A stretch of 53,329 nucleotides of DNA. Origin: Perkinsus olseni (Eukaryota). The position numbers and the translations under genes were made by a program. Location: contig JABANN010000202.1 of the NCBI GenBank assembly GCA_013115125.1, positions 1 to 53,329 on the forward strand, read 5' to 3'. Below the pieces are notes generated by a model. It searched no databases and was not told where the DNA came from. It saw only the letters and a list, made by a program, of their open reading frames with translations. Shown piece by piece: positions 14,779 to 27,034 of the stretch; position 1 is the first letter of the stretch; each line of letters begins with the position of its first letter.

Positions 14779-15714
14779 ATGAGTACAGCTACTACCAGTA
14801 CTACCATCATTATGATCATGACCACCATATCACATCATATCCCCCTACTACTATCAACAGGAATCCTTCATCATACACCATCAGGATACATCATACCATT
14901 GAAGGATCCAACAGCATGTACGACCATAGAGCAAGGCTTCCATACTACATCCCTACAATGTACACCATGCCCTCTTCCATTACTGTACAATAATAGTACC
15001 ACAACAACAGCAACAACAAGTCCATCATATCAAACAACATCATGTGTATGCCCAAGCGGTCATATAAGGTACCACAACTACATGAATATCATTATTATCG
15101 TAACCACTATAGATGTCTATCAAATACGTGCAGCAGTAGTTGTAGACCATGTCCCAAGGGCACAGTCCCCAATATCTATCAAACAGCATGTTATACATGT
15201 CCAGCCGCGGAGGGGCTAGTACTAGGATCAGACGCTAATACCTGCAGGTAGTAATACATGTGTTATTATTATCGGTAATAACAGTAATCGACATGACCAG
15301 ATGTATCGATCCTCAATCATCATTATTAACTAACTACTCTGCGGCAAACCACACCACCCCACCATCATTCCTATGTCGTCCTCCTCATACCATTCCATCA
15401 TCATATCATTGTGGACAAATACCATGGGAGTCAGGATTAGTAGAACATCCAGGCTGTGACTGTGCCCAAGGGTAATGATAACATAACACTACTTCAGCAG
15501 TAGTAGTACGGTAGTAGAGGGTGAAGGATGTCTGTATCGTCACTTGCTAGTTTATGGAGGCCTACCACTGCATCTCCATGTGTACCAGAGTATCTTTGGT
15601 TGGATGTAGAACCTCAGAAGACAGCACCACTGGAGTTATTGTCTAGGGTTCAATACAGGGATGTTGTATCGAATATGGTCGACTATGAGAAGTATCTTCT
15701 AGCCTTCATCAAAG

Positions 15715-15756
<42 letters not shown>

Positions 15757-18700
15757 TCAAGCATATAACACTATTGTTGTTGTCATCATAGGTTATTATG
15801 ATCATACTACTACCTTTGCCAAGTTGCGTATGATAAGTGTAGCTATTGATGATGTATACTATTATCCTAATAATGATATCATCATGGGGTACTTCCCTAC
15901 ATGCGCCCTACGATGTGCACAACTACAACACAATGATGCATGCAATTGCCTCGCTAATTTATGTGTAATGAATCTGTATACCACAACTTCAACAATTTGT
16001 AGCTACTTCTTATCATTAAGTGATGCTAATGAAGCAGCAAATGCAGAAGGAAGTAATAATAGTATTCCTCCCCCCCTCCTGCTCGAGGCGCCACATCGGT
16101 GGTAGCATTGTTAGGCACTAATCTGGAAGATGATGGTAGTAGTATTAGTAGTAGTGGGGCTCGAAGTCTATACACTAACCCACTACCATCATTATTTATC
16201 AACTCCAGTGTGATGATAGAATCGTTACCGTACACTATGGTAGCAGGAGATGAACTTAAGTTATGGGTCGCAACATATGATATTAACGGTACCTATCATC
16301 AACAACACTTTTATTATAAAGTAGTCATACGCAGGCACATGGTTGGGATGGGAGAGAGTTGATGATGATGGGGGGGCTCATGTTGTAACATTATGTGATC
16401 AGCTTAGTCTTACTGCTCGATCATGGTCCATATTTGGAACAACACAGGTAGTAGTAGTAATGATAATAATGTACAACATCATCATTATACGTTCTAGGAT
16501 GCATCATGCCGTGTTAATACCAGAAGGTTAAGGCAAGATCCGAGATGTACTACACCACTATTCTATGAGCTCTATATTCAATATGATAATAATGATAATT
16601 CCCATGACACTGTATCATCATCATCATCGAGTATTATTCCAGTACCTATTCGTCTATGGAATACTGTTAAAGGGGGAGTATCACCCAATGATGATGAAGA
16701 CGTACTAGTCAAAAGATATTACCTCTGTGATACTACAAATGAAGCGATAGTTAGAATAGCAGCTATCACACGCTTTGTTATGTCATCGGACTCGACGACA
16801 CCGTTATTGGAGTTATATATGATGGAGATGGATGATGATGACCACGATGTTAGGACAGCAGACACCACCACTAGTAGCAGCATACTAGTTGCATTCAGCA
16901 GCTTATATTACGGATCATTATCAAACTATTGGATACCAATAATTGCTCTATTCATACCATGGACCATCATAAGTCTAATGATAGCTCTATACCGTGTATT
17001 GAGCATAATGCGTCGATACCCTCGTACTAGTGTAGTATCTACCGATGGTCGTCGGATCATGCTGGATCCGGGGGTATTCCGTCCTAGACCCTTTATATTG
17101 GTACAAACATTCTTAACTAGTATTCTCATATCACATACGGCATTCTTCATGATAATACTATTACATCGTATAGCCTCATCCAACTCGTTCGTTCCACCTC
17201 CCCCTGGCTCCGCTCATTATCGATCGTTCGATGCCCTCCTCATATACCTACTAATATTAACTATCCTAGTCGTCATGATGGACATCATCTCGGTGTCGAA
17301 AGTATTTGTATTCCTACTGGACAGAGAACAAGGACTACACAGCAACAACAACAACAACGCTGCAGCTGCTGCTGGACAACAACAACCTTCATATGACGAC
17401 AATAACAACAACCTCACCATCCCACAGCAGCAAGGAGGAGACCAATGGCGATGGCAGCAGCAGCAGCAACCAAGCCGCTTGTTGAGCACCTTTGGATTCA
17501 ACACATTCATCTCTTCCTCCTCCTCCTCCCACCCAAAGCATCATCATAGTAGTTTGGCCCCGTCCATCACTAATCATAACCCCACGACTTTAGCTGATAC
17601 ACGAGCAGTACCATCAATTGTGTTATCTGGTACCGGAGGACAGTTGGGGTCTTCTGATGATACTAGATGCCGCCCTGGTGGGGAAAGAGGTGATAGTCCT
17701 CACACGATGAGTAGTACGTAGCCTTTTTTTGTAGGTGATGGTGTGGTATCAGCCTGGAGGATGCTATTCATTGGTAATGAGCTGAACGAGAGGTCCACTT
17801 ATCCAAGAGTATCATCAGCTATCCTATGGGTGCTAGTGTTATTGTTTATTCATACTTTTAATTGGATAAGTAATGCCCAATGGACCCCTAAACATGCCAG
17901 GATAACGTACCACACCACCACCACGCAAGGTAGTAGCCATTATCTCTGGTATCACTTCCACACTCCTATGTGGACAGTAATCATCCATGCCATCATCAGA
18001 TACATTATCATCCCCTCTAAATCCTATTATGATCTACAGTATTGCTGTCAGTACATGGTTGTTGGTATTCATCGTACTACTAGTACTACGTAAAATAGGG
18101 ACACTGCAGTTTGGTGACACTCTAGGGGATTTTGTTGATGTCTGCTCTTTAGCTAACATCAGTGTATTGGTAAGTCCTACACTACCACTCTTCAACTCGT
18201 AGTACTATCACTAGCAACATCATAATCCTGGTCATAATAAGATACTCGATGAGCCTCTTCATGGATGGTATATCCATGGTAAAGCGCCTAGTGGTAAAGC
18301 AGATTGCAATGCTACTCAACTCATGTGCCATTTACAAGTACCTACAGTACCATAACTCCATAATAAACTCTTCTATGTACTCATTATAGGATGAGAGGGA
18401 GAATCTTTTGTTGAAGCGTGGCCTCCGTCCAGATGACCCTCAACGCTGTCACCTTCAGACTTACGAAGTACTACATAGTCGTCGTCGTCGTCGTCGTCGT
18501 CGTCGGTGGATATCAGTATTGTTGTATGTTTTAACTATTCTTATCAGATATTCATGCCATCACAATTCCGTAATACCATCACAGAACTTTGTAGTGAGCT
18601 GATGGTCTTGAGAACAACAACAAGTGCGGCTCTACAAGGGAGGAGGGGTTCAACAACAAATAATAAACAGGATACTATTAAATTGGCCGATCTGAGGTTA

Positions 18701-19211
18701 TCCGTGCCTGGTGATCGTCTTTACTTGTGTACCTCAGATCGAGGATCCAACATACTCTGTTGGCCACGGTAGAGTCAATCGTCCGTAATGGTGCGATAAG
18801 ACAGCCGACACTAAAGGAGAGCATCGCTGATCATACAAGAGGTAGGGATGGTAGCATATTATATGATGGTATGAATCAGGTGTAACCTCGGATGGTATGC
18901 TGATTGATGATACCACTGGTATTGGATGGATCGAACCATTCTTGTATGGGTCAGATGTTTTCGGGCTACCTACCGGTGAGAGTCGCCTTCCTCTAGTCTG
19001 CTATTACTAAATATCACCATCAGGCAATGAACTCCATTCAGCTCTTCTACAGTTGTTTCTTTTCTGCGTCGTATTCCGATATACTGACAGTTCAGTGCCG
19101 GGTGTTATTGTTGCGTATTTATTCTCATTCTTCTTCGATTCCATTTGGTCATTTGTATCGAGGCGTACAATAAGTCGGACGAGTATGGTAGATGATAGAT
19201 TCCTACTCTAA
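14779..19211 (+). CDS. TMEM67: Meckelin (ciliary transition-zone protein), multi-exon
   Basis: Cys-rich N-terminus; CNCLANLCVMNLY; VSAWRMLFIGNELNE; FVDVCSLANISV/LDEPLHGWYIHGKAPSGKAD; C-terminal ISRTSMVDDRFLL*. All match meckelin signatures. Confidence 0.9.
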
Positions 19212-19540
19212 CAATCATGTATGAACATACAGCTGCTGCATGCATCGATGTAGTATACGTTAGTGTTCTTGAGTTCAACAGTAGCTATTCAATTATTTCA
19301 TCACCAGTCTGCAGGGGCCGACGCCCCAGTAGTAGTAATGATACCACGGGAAGGGACAGTACACTTCGTCCGTGAGAAGTACTGATGTTTGTCTCCGACA
19401 GAATTAACGGGATATAATCATCATGAGCCCGCCTAAATTCCATATCCTTCCATAATGGTGGGCATTTCAGCACACTCGTAACTCAGCTACTGGTACGATC
19501 GATAGCTTCATAAACACATGACAAAAAGAACAACTCTTTG

Positions 19541-21685
19541 TTACTGATCTTCCGACTTGTACTTTGGAGGGTCAAGTCGAGGGCCAACCAAAGCATACCG
19601 CTTCCTTAGAGGCTTCGCCAACTTCACTTTCAACCTGATAAACCGCCATCACCAGTCATGGATACCTAGAATGGATAAGCACCTTTCGGAGAAGTAGTCG
19701 ATAAGATCTTCACTGGTGAGATATTGCTCAGAAGAAACCTGATGATGAGGAGGCCCTCTGGGATGAAGAGCAGCAACAACTGACCTTAGACGTGCCAGCT
19801 ACACATATCGCCAAATCCTTACTCATATAACCAGCTTCAACGGATTCAATACACGCATCTTCGAGGGCCTGAGCATCACCGATCGGAATCATCATTAATT
19901 GAGGTCTCACCTGAGCGAAGTGTTTGAGCCTGTTATTATTATCAAGGATGGCTCGTTGGTTGAGAGCCCGCGACCAGGCAAATATCGATGCTATTGGATT
20001 GGTTGAAGTCTTCTCTCCCCTCTGAGAATAAATATGAGGAGGCAGCCAGCAGCAGCATCCGCGCCTAACCTGGTACGCTCTGAAATGTCTTGTAACAGTT
20101 CCATGAGCAGCTTCTGACAAAACTGTCTTACCATCCGGGCAGACCAAGATAGACGTCATCAACCCCAGTGAGCCGTATCTAAATATGGCCGATCTGGGAG
20201 TCGAACCCGGGACCGCCGAATGGCTGGTTAGCGGTGATATAACTACCCTTGAGCGACAATGTCAGACTGAACATCTCCGTCATAGTTCTTACATGCCCAC
20301 ACAAAACCACCTTTGGATTTAATGGCCTACAGAATAAAGTTGAGCACATGCCAGCCCGAACTACCACCCTGAGCCCTACTACCTGTGCCACCATATCATC
20401 AATTAAACGATGTTCGTACCACAACCCGGCCTTCTCGAATTGATCCCTAAACATTATAGTCATGACGGATGATGAATCATATCCACATCATCATTGCCCT
20501 ACTTGTATTCATTATCATATAATTGTTGGAAGACGTCTTTAAAGACACCATCATAAACCTTCAGAATAGTGTTCTTAGAGGAGAAGTAGAGAGGCATGCC
20601 CTACACCAACAAAAACTAACATAACTACTATCGGTTCATAGAGATGGTGATGATGACCCTTGTCATTACTACCTGACCCAAGGCGTATGTGAAACAACAC
20701 CTAGCGAAGCTTTCGATGGACCTCTTCGTGTTGTACCTGAAGGAGTATGATGGGTGATAAGATGCGTGTATGCACCCCCATTACATCCCCATAACGACAC
20801 CACCCTCATCCTCCTCCTTGAATTCGAATAACCTCACAGTCTTACCTTCAGACCCGTCATTGGGATGGAATACCAAGTCAACCGTCCCTAACGGATAGGG
20901 AGGTCCCGGGTTCGATTCCTGGCTACACCACCTACCCGGGGTATTATCAGTTTGGAATTGTTCACACTTATATTGATCAGCATGAGCATGACGGCCGATA
21001 ACAATAGGGTACTCCCAGCCAGGGACATATCTAAGAAGTGTCCTCGATGTGAATCGAACCCCAGACCTTTCGATTATTACCGTGGTATATTACGTATTAT
21101 TATCGGAGCCCTGAAGACTGTGCCATCCAAGATGTTACGAATGGTCCCATTGGGGCTCTTCCACATCTTCTTCAACTTGAACTCCTCAACTCGGGCTGCA
21201 TCGGGTGTGATAGTGGCGCATTTAACACCGACATTATACCTGTATAAGTAACACAAGCATACACGTGCGAATGAGGATGAGGAGGAGGAGGACTACTGGA
21301 GGATAGCCTTCGCAGCATCTATTGTTATCTCATCATTAGTTCTATCTCTATTCTCGAGTGATAGATCATAATAATCAATATCCATATCCAAGAATGGGAA
21401 TATCTATTGGAAGGTTCATCATCGTCTCTGCTACCGTTTCCGTGGCGATGTTATTATTACTAATTTATCCTTGATCATTTGCCAGACTATCCTGGTCATC
21501 TCATCGCCATCCAACTCTACTATCGGATTATCTACTTTGATACGTTCATACTCCACCTAATAGAATGATGATGATGATGATGATGATGGCGGTAACCACC
21601 GCCTAAGGCTCCTGTATGATCAATACCCGTGTAAGAAGCTTCCATTCGGTTTTATCGGGCATGATATCATTAGATGCACAACGCC

Positions 21686-21717
<32 letters not shown>

Positions 21718-21861
21718 GCCGCAGAGAAGCCATACTGCTGCTGGTGGTGTGGTGCGATACTACCTAACACCCCTACATCATCGATACACCAATCAGCGTT
21801 GATTACTTGATATGAGGGCAGAAGCCCGAGGGTACCTCAGGCGAGCCGAGGTGGGTATCAT
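19541..21861 (-). CDS. IDH2: NADP-dependent isocitrate dehydrogenase, probably mitochondrial, multi-exon
   Basis: [109 protein letters not shown]. Arg/Gln-rich N-terminal extension. Confidence 0.95.
20179..20246 (-). other. IDH intron containing tRNA 3'-half-like sequence (sense)
   Basis: GTAGTTATATCACCGCT...GGCGGTC-CCGGG-TTCGACT-CCCAG-ATCGGCC-A-TATTTAG. Boundaries fixed by conserved AQG/YGSLG. Confidence 0.75.
20888..20935 (+). other. IDH intron containing tRNA 3'-half-like sequence (antisense to gene)
   Basis: Plus strand TAACGGA-TAGGG-AGGTC-CCGGG-TTCGATT-CCTGG-CTACACC-A follows the canonical tRNA position 32-73 spacing. Confidence 0.8.
21031..21080 (-). other. IDH intron containing tRNA 3'-half-like sequence (sense)
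   Basis: GTAATA-ATCGAA-AGGTC-TGGGG-TTCGATT-CACAT-CGAGGAC-A-CTTCTTAG. Boundaries fixed by NIPR/YVPGW. Confidence 0.7.
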
Positions 21862-22020
21862 CAGAATAATACTTAACCGAGGAGCAACCTTGGCAGGTAT
21901 CCCAACGAAATTCTAGGAAGTCGGAGAAACTACCATGATAGTGAAATGAATGATACTGAGTAGAACGATATTACAAATTGGTTTGATGATGACTATGATG
22001 ATGTCGATGAGAATGGCGTG

Positions 22021-23008
22021 TTAAGTCCGGTAGGGGACAGTGCCCATCCGGGTGGTGTTCTTCTTGTTGTTATGAATTAATACCCTATCATCATCGGATG
22101 TTCGCTCATTCCGACAACATACGAATACTCTCCACCACCGATGAGGACTGTCAACACTCGTCGGTGGTGTTGTACCACTCCCTTCCTGAAATAGTATTAG
22201 GATTATCGATACTGCCAGACGGGGGATACTGCAAGGATACTCAGTCATACTCAAGCATCATACGCAGATGATAGTATTCAACTGTGCATGCCGACTGAGG
22301 ATTGATTTCTATTACCACAGCTCCACCCAGACGCTCATCGTGAGTGAACTACTGAGTGAGGTGTAGTTGATGGCTGTACGGTGCAATATTCACTGATTTG
22401 AACTCCGAGTTATAAGTTCATCACGACTCGGTGATGATTGCTGCCGATAAGAGGTCGAAGATGCCAACACAACTTCTTGCACGATGCTAAGGGGTGTTTG
22501 GCCCTGCACTACTGGCCACTCGTGTGGGCGAAGAGGTCTCCTTTACCAGCGAAGTCTATGATACCCCTCATCATCCCTTGTGGCACATGCCTCTAGTCTT
22601 CAAGAGATTCACCGTTGAACGGTTACCACGAGTGCAACAATTTGAAAACACTTTCCATGTAAGATATCGGGTATGTTGGACAGAGCGACGAGCAAGAAGT
22701 CCGATACCCCTCCACCACACTGTATGGTTATCGGGAAATCCGAGACTAGCAAGACGGATGTGAATGGACCATCAGCCCCGGATATTGATACTTCTAACGA
22801 CGCTTGCATGATACTCCCTTATCATACCCCCCAGTATTACCGTTGTCTTTGCCATTGTTACTCGTCGACTATGGCACACTGGTGTTGGTATATGGACAGT
22901 ATGCAGACTCTCACAAGAGGCCAATTGTAACCTTATCCGAGGTAGTGGTATTGAGCTGGAGGCTTGCTGCTTAGTAGTAGTAGTATCATGGGAAGGGTAC
23001 TTGGTCAT
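22021..23008 (-). pseudogene. Possible decayed intronless gene
   Basis: Protein-like minus-strand segments in shifting frames, broken by stops, with no intron-like repeats. No family recognised. Confidence 0.3.
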
Positions 23009-23161
23009 ATAATAATCAAGAAACTGTGGAGGATCGTATACACCTTGATACCAACAAAATAAATAACCTACAACGGGGAGATGAGAAAAAGTTTAATGCT
23101 ATTTAACGAGTAGGAACCAGATAGTAATGAATGGTGGCAATTGTAGTAGTTTCTGAATACA

Positions 23162-23482
23162 TCATCTTTTAGAAAAATACTCTCTTATACCATCAAAACA
23201 CCCACAAGTACCACAACACGGTAGTTGTCCGTGGTGCTGCCACCAGTGATCAGGTTCAGGGGGTGGTATAGCTAGATGATGTCTACTACCATGATCGGGC
23301 AGTTGTATGTAGATCTCAGGGGTAGGTGGGGGAGTTAATCCACCCGATGATGGACATGATGATGTTTGGGTCCCGAGTAGTGGCTCTTTAGACGACTCAG
23401 CAGGCAGCTGCCGCCCCCCTCCTGTCTTGTCGTCCTTCAACCCTACCGAGGTATCCGCTGCTGCGAGGAGCGTACCGGCCAT
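23162..23482 (-). CDS. Small intronless hypothetical protein with C-terminal Cys cluster
   Basis: 106-aa ORF ending LPCCGTCGCFDGIREYFSKR. Confidence 0.5.
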   Translation of the reverse strand: MAGTLLAAADTSVGLKDDKTGGGRQLPAESSKEPLLGTQTSSCPSSGGLTPPPTPEIYIQLPDHGSRHHLAIPPPEPDHWWQHHGQLPCCGTCGCFDGIREYFSKR

Positions 23483-23639
23483 TAATCGTTCAAATGCTTC
23501 AATTGATGGTGCTCCTTCATCATCAACGAGTGATGATTATGGGGCGAGAGCGATGGTTCCGTTAGGGAATGTAGCAAGAACGCAAGATTTGTACCTACTT
23601 CGATGATGATGTTGTAGCCCACGTCTCCGGCGTCTCTGT

Positions 23640-24539
23640 ATGAATATGGTACTTGTACTGTCTAGTAAGGTGGGTGTATTGGTGTCGGGTTTGGTGGTTT
23701 GTACAGCATCTGGTAGTATGAGGTACGAGGATATACCATGGTTGTATGCTGCTAGTGGTAGTGTTACTCAAAGGCGTTATTATATTAGACCAACTCTACC
23801 GAGCTCCACCCTGAAAAAGGATATTATCAGCACTGAAGAAGTTGATGGCGGTAGTCGTCGTACTGTGGACGTATCGCACCTCTCCCGTACCCTGCCGTAC
23901 AAGGAACAACCATCATGGAAGAGTGTGGCTGTCTATGCAGTCGACGAGAGGTCTTGTGAAGAATATACAGCTAGGATTATCAAGAACGGAACCACTGGTA
24001 ATTACGAGTTCATCGATGTCGAAGGAACTGCACCGCCACCAGCTGACGATGATGAGAAGAAGAGAATGGAGGACTCGTGGGGATTGGTACGGTATGAGCT
24101 CAATGGTATTGCCGAAGATCATGAATTCTATGAACTGGACTCATCCATAACCAACAACCCAAGTATTGACACGACTTATCGCGCTACTCATGCTCAACTC
24201 ACTATCACCCTTACTAAACTCGGTGGTCATCATCCACTACTACAAGTAACCGGAGATCATGCTGATAGATATAATAAACTTCATGTTTACCCGATAGGAA
24301 GATCATTGTACTCACAACTTGATAGAGATGATATGAATACGGCTAAGAGATTCATCATGGAACCCTATGCTGGGGACCTCCCTTCCGCTGGTCCCTTACC
24401 ACAGGATAACCTGGGTACTCTTGGTTACGGTATAAGCAACCTTAACGCCTGGGATAACAGCTATGCCACGAAGGTCGCCCCTCACATTAGAGGAGGGAGT
24501 CTTAAGGGTGTACATGCTCACGATAGGAGTCAATCGTAG
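23640..24539 (+). CDS. Intronless secreted hypothetical protein (lineage-specific family)
   Basis: 299-aa ORF with hydrophobic N-terminus; clear paralog at 25290-26221. Confidence 0.8.
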   Translation: MNMVLVLSSKVGVLVSGLVVCTASGSMRYEDIPWLYAASGSVTQRRYYIRPTLPSSTLKKDIISTEEVDGGSRRTVDVSHLSRTLPYKEQPSWKSVAVYAVDERSCEEYTARIIKNGTTGNYEFIDVEGTAPPPADDDEKKRMEDSWGLVRYELNGIAEDHEFYELDSSITNNPSIDTTYRATHAQLTITLTKLGGHHPLLQVTGDHADRYNKLHVYPIGRSLYSQLDRDDMNTAKRFIMEPYAGDLPSAGPLPQDNLGTLGYGISNLNAWDNSYATKVAPHIRGGSLKGVHAHDRSQS

Positions 24540-25019
24540 GGTGTTCACAATCATCATGATTTTTGTCGATTCTACCCATCTTTACATCTTCATATTTATA
24601 TCTTTTCGCTGACGATGATGCAAGTATGTGATGATGTTATCTCATCATTCCCTGTTGATTACGGAGTTACTGCTAATAACACTCGCAAGGATGACTAGTC
24701 AATGCTGGGCACGACGACGTTAACATCAAGTAAGAGCGTGGAGGGCATCCATACCAGAATCTGAGTGTCCGTTGGAGTTAGCAAATGATGCCGCTGCCCA
24801 GCAGCTGGCGCTGTCCGATAGGTAGATCTGTTCTCATTCGCTACGTTGGTATCATCAACGTAGCTTGGCCTCTTTCCTCCGTCATTTTGTTCGATGATAT
24901 TTCGATCACTCGTTCTCCCATTTTCGCGTTAACCATCGTTATTGCAGATCGTTGACATTATTGACCCTCTCGTCTTCGAGCGGTCCCCAGTTTCTCTACA
25001 CCCGGCGGCGGCGGCGGCC

Positions 25020-25300
25020 ATGTCGGTCGGGTTCAAATTCATCCGTCGGCACTACTGGTCATGGCGGCCTGGGTGGAACTGGTCATGGCGGCCTTCGGGT
25101 TTCTGGCTGCCCTGGGTAGCATCGCTGTATAACTGCTATTGGGGTTCCTTCCGCTATCATGCAGCCAGACCTTATCCGCGCAAAGTTTGTTGGGCCAACG
25201 GAAGGTATTCGAGCTCAAGGGTCGAGAAGAGTCGGCCAAGAAGGCAAGATACTCACGCCATGAGCTCGAGAAACTTTCCGTGACTGCTGATGCTGCTTGA
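25020..25300 (+). CDS. Small Trp/Arg-rich hypothetical protein
   Basis: ATG in gcggccATG context; GC3-rich codons MSVGFKFIRRHYWSWRPGWNWSWRPSGFWLPW. C-terminus depends on splicing or frame. Confidence 0.45.
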
Positions 25301-26110
25301 TAACAAGACGACGACGATGAAGCTAATGATAAACGTTGCTGTTGTGCTTGGCTCTTCGGTGAGCTGTTGTTCTGCTTCAACAACTGGCGGGAATGATGAA
25401 GATATACCATGGTTATACGGTACCATTACTAGGCGTACTTACAGTAGTCGTTATTACATAAGACCCGTTCTATCAGCCGAGGATGGGATACGTGATGATA
25501 TTATCAATACTGTTAAGGTAGATTAGAATCATACTATATACGTGTCACATATGGCAAGTACCACCGCCTTACCCCGACATCCGGGAGGGACGACAACAGG
25601 GAAGGATGTTACTGTTTATGCTGTGAACTCTCATGAATGTAAAGAGTATAGAGCGGTTATTGATGGGAATGCAGCTGCTGGTCGTTATGGATTCAGAGAG
25701 GTGAAAGCGGCTGATGAGAGAATCAACAACATCACCTGATCTAGAATGATTGAGAATGACCTCAACAGTCTTTGCCACGATATACTACGCTGCTGATACC
25801 GAGCCAAATGTACTTGTGGTTTTGAACCTCGATTCCACTAATCTCAATATACTGGGTGAATCTTCTGATGACTGGAGACCTTCACATATCCCCAATAGGG
25901 AAGTCCCTGTATCTACGCCTTGATAGGCTTGTTGTTGTTGATGGTGGTTATATGAAGGTTAGACATCTTATTATGGAGTCGTATGACGGCTTCTACTCCC
26001 GTGTACCAATTCCTGCTGAAAAGCACACCGCCGGTGTAGGTTATGGTACGAGTAACCTGCATACATGGGGTGAGGCCAGCAAGCATGGCGCTATGGTGAT
26101 GTCCAGCATA
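25290..26110 (+). pseudogene. Degenerate paralog of the 23640-24539 gene
   Basis: Collinear matches EDIPWLY, RYYIRP, VYAV..C.EY.A, L..PIG.SLY..LDR, IME.Y.G, GYG.SNL..W, but in-frame TAG (25524) and TGA (25737) and a frameshift before 25856. Confidence 0.8.
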
Positions 26111-27034
26111 ATGATCAGAGGCCATAATGATGACGATGTCCATGTATGCTTATTAATATACGAGCTACTTGGAGGGATGTCCAACATGTTGTTGTATCTG
26201 CTAATGTATGTTTATGAATGATAATGATGATGTGAATCTTGGATGTGCTGTCATATTGTCCCCCTTGAGTTTATGATAGATTCAATGAGACAAATGATGA
26301 ACCTCTTCCCTGAGTCGGGTTCACGACTTGTAAGGTTGTGAGATGTATCCCTAGTTGGGGGTGCCGGGACTGTTGAGGATGGCCGAACCAACATCGAGAG
26401 CTTAGTCCGACCGACCATAGACTCGGACGCCCAACGACGGCCGAGGCGGACGACGGGACAACTGACGAGCGGGAACGCCGTAGTATTTGATAATCCAGGA
26501 TGATAATGACTCGTTACTAACGGGACAACATTAGTCCATCGCCTTACCTGGAGTAACCTCCACCCAATACACGAATAATTTGGTAGTACCGCTACCTCAT
26601 CCGTCAGTTAATGATTAGCAATCAATATCCTCCCCGTCGATCCTGTGCGATGACTTCATATTAGATCGGTAAACCCTTAATATACCGTCAATATAAGAAC
26701 AACTCGCACTTACTCTTGTCTGTGTTACGATCGTTCTTGCAGGCGTAGCATCAGTAGCAGAAGTTGCACCCTGATAGATGAATATTATGAATAATCCCAA
26801 ATGTTGTTATGCTGACTAACACAAGGACACAGTAGGGATAGTATTACACGGCGGCGTACACGAGCTGCTATCAACTATATATTCTGAAACCAGTAAATCC
26901 ACTGAAACGAGTAGAGCGATGAGTAGTAGAAGAAGTCACGTTCGACAAACGACTGTTGTTGCTGTCTCCACGAGGGGCTGGTGGAACTACCCGTGTGGCT
27001 ATGATGATGGTGATGATGATGATCATCATCATCA

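Noticed and set aside
20327-20381. A-box-like GGGCTCAGGGTGGTAG in an IDH intron (possible tRNA 5' half)
   Set aside because: Match too loose; no D-stem pairing.
25524-25739. Stop-codon reassignment suggested by in-frame TAG/TGA
   Set aside because: Accompanied by frameshifts, and conserved genes in the window end normally at TAA, TAG and TGA.
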